Made by a program: the position numbers and the translations under genes | Part shown: in pieces, positions 62,262-64,000 of the stretch | Layout: every line of letters starts with the position of its first letter | Numbering within the stretch: the first letter of the stretch is position 1 | Notes under the pieces: model-generated | Told to the model about the DNA's origin: nothing | The model's database searches: none | The model's input: only the letters and a program-made list of their open reading frames with translations | NCBI GenBank assembly: GCA_964525635.1 | Contig: CAZGJX010000001.1 | Span: 1-64,000, forward strand | Source: an uncultured archaeon | GTDB taxonomy: Archaea; Asgardarchaeota; Lokiarchaeia; Sigyniarchaeales; SOKP01 | Direction: 5' to 3' | Length of the DNA: 64,000 bases

Positions 62262-63273
62262 TTAAATTGGAACTGGAATTTCCTCCATAATATTTTTTAT
62301 AACAGCTCTGACGTCAAGACCTTCTAATTCTGCTTCTGGTTTTAATAACAGACGATGATTCAATGCAGGGACAGTTAATGCTCTTACATCATCAGGAGTT
62401 ACATAAGTTCTTCCTAAGATCGCAGCTCTTGCCTTAGAGCATTTCATTAGTACTAAACTTGCTCTAGGACCACATCCTAATCCAATTTGAGGATGGTTTC
62501 TTGTTTTAAGAATTATATCTCTAATATATTTTAGAATTCTCTCATCGATATATACTTGATTTACCAAATTCTGAGCAGCAAGTATTTCTGGTCCACTAGT
62601 GATACGTTGGACAGTTGGTGAGTCTCCAGACAATTGTCGTCTCATGATTTCAACTTCTTCATCATGTTCTGGATAATCCAGCCATAATTTAAACAAAAAT
62701 CTATCAACCTGAGCTTCAGGTAATGGATAAGTCCCTTCCATCTCTACAGGATTCTCTGTTGCTATTACCATAAATGGTTTTTCGAGTTCCAAGGTTTGAC
62801 CTTCTATTGTAATTTGCCGTTCAGCCATGGCTTCAAGGAGTGCTGCTTGTGTTTTAGGAGCACTTCTATTAATTTCATCCGCTAATACGATGTTTGCAAA
62901 TAAAGGTCCTTTTTGAAGCACGAATGTTCCTTCTTCTTGTGAGAATATTTTTGTACCGGTAATATCTGCCGGAAGAAGATCTGGTGTGAATTGTACTCGT
63001 TTAAAACTTACACCTAAAGTATTTGCAAATGTTTTAGCCATTACTGTTTTACCTAGTCCCGGAACGCCTTTTAACCAAATAATTCGAATTGAATTAAATT
63101 TCTAGTAAGACGTGTCCGTTGACAAGTAAGGATACAAATAATTGCTGAAGAATTTCTCCACATCCCACAATAACTCTACTTACCTCTGAGAGTACCTCCT
63201 GAGCAATTTCTCTTATGGGGGTAATATCTAACTCGCTATGAGAAGCTGTTTTTATTTTACTTGGTGTTGACAT
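62262..63273 (-). CDS. moxR: MoxR-family AAA+ ATPase, 326 aa after removal of a 31-nt intron (exons 63273-63102 and 63070-62262)
   Basis: Spliced product MSTPSK...VIVG...[10 protein letters not shown]|[12 protein letters not shown]...[12 protein letters not shown]...LADEINR...[14 protein letters not shown]; the track ORF lacks Walker A. Confidence 0.9.
63071..63101 (-). other. Relaxed BHB-type intron in moxR mRNA (31 nt; boundary could slide 1-2 nt)
   Basis: mRNA ACGUCU-UACU-AG^A-AA..UAAUUC-loop-GAAUUA.UU-GGUU-AA^A-AGGCGU; removal gives CUA GAA GGC. Confidence 0.78.
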
Positions 63274-63355
63274 ATTTTTTTATACCTTCCTTTTTTTATT
63301 TTTAATTTTTATATTATTTTTTTAATAAATTATTCATTTATAACTAGATTTTAAA

Positions 63356-64000
63356 TTACATATTGTTTACAACCCATTCCATTTCAAAGAATAGGTCTTC
63401 AAATTCTATTTCATTTTTAATTTTTAATTTTCCTACTTTTAAATTTAACATATTATCAATAAAACGTGATATTCTCTTTACTTTATTCCTTGTGATATTT
63501 GGATCTTTTCGTTGAACCAAATCAATTACGTTTTTTGTAGTTATTTTCATATCTCCTAATTGAGCATGTAATTTTCTATCCAATCTTCGATTAAGTAAAG
63601 TGAGTGCTTTATTAAATTGTCTCTTTTCATGATACCACTCTATTTTTTTTGCAAAAAATGATGAGGTTCTAAATCTCATTTTTTCCTCTTTTTTTTCTTC
63701 TTTTTCTATTTTCTTTTTCTCAGCTTTCTTTCCTTTTTTAGGTAGATACCTTCTTAAAGAATAAATAGCAAGTAAAGGATAAATCCAGGCCGTAATTGGA
63801 TTTGTACTTAGATGTATAACATATTGTAATACAATTCCATAAATTCCAGCGGAACTTAAATCTCTTGATTGTTCAGGGCGAATATGTGCTTCATCAAAAG
63901 CTATAACCCAATCATCTGGACCTTCATTATATGTAAGCCACTCTATTACATTCATTGCTAATTGTTTATTATCATAACCACCTCGATCAATTAGCTCATT
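63356..64000 (-). CDS. DUF4350-like MoxR-operon protein, 5' part lies outside the window
   Basis: DN..F/I..NVIEWL...IAFDEAH motif, TM, basic tail; frame remains open to the window edge. Confidence 0.65.
   Translation of the reverse strand, partial: NELIDRGGYDNKQLAMNVIEWLTYNEGPDDWVIAFDEAHIRPEQSRDLSSAGIYGIVLQYVIHLSTNPITAWIYPLLAIYSLRRYLPKKGKKAEKKKIEKEEKKEEKMRFRTSSFFAKKIEWYHEKRQFNKALTLLNRRLDRKLHAQLGDMKITTKNVIDLVQRKDPNITRNKVKRISRFIDNMLNLKVGKLKIKNEIEFEDLFFEMEWVVNNM

Noticed and set aside
62262-63041. Track ORF taken as the complete MoxR, or moxR as a pseudogene
   Set aside because: The ORF lacks Walker A; an intact upstream exon exists and a single clean 31-nt insertion explains the break.

Overview
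Very AT-rich archaeal DNA, most likely from an Asgard archaeon (Lokiarchaeia-like). The assignment rests on archaeal ribosomal proteins, Rpp29, Trm1 and type II MetAP, together with eukaryote-signature-like genes: ribophorin I, an OSTC/OST3-6-like subunit, Roadblock, V4R proteins and an RPC34/TFE-beta-like protein. The window is mostly housekeeping: fragmented r-protein cluster, N-glycosylation genes, LeuRS, TIM, a LipS1/LipS2 lipoate plus F420 (CofE/CofD) operon and a MoxR-vWA operon. It also holds one tRNA-Gln(UUG) and an IS607-type TnpA/TnpB element with a structured 3' end. Headline observation: two conserved protein genes that the ORF track misses or truncates are each interrupted at their catalytic motif by a 31-32 nt insertion that folds with its flanks into an archaeal bulge-helix-bulge (BHB) splice structure. 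They are a WCGPC thioredoxin (45461..45846, minus) and a MoxR AAA+ ATPase (62262..63273, minus). Cutting at BHB positions restores the reading frame exactly: a canonical motif in thioredoxin, a relaxed one in MoxR. This suggests tRNA-type (EndA/RtcB) splicing of mRNA micro-introns in an Asgard archaeon. All calls were made by eye; no database searches or folding programs were run.
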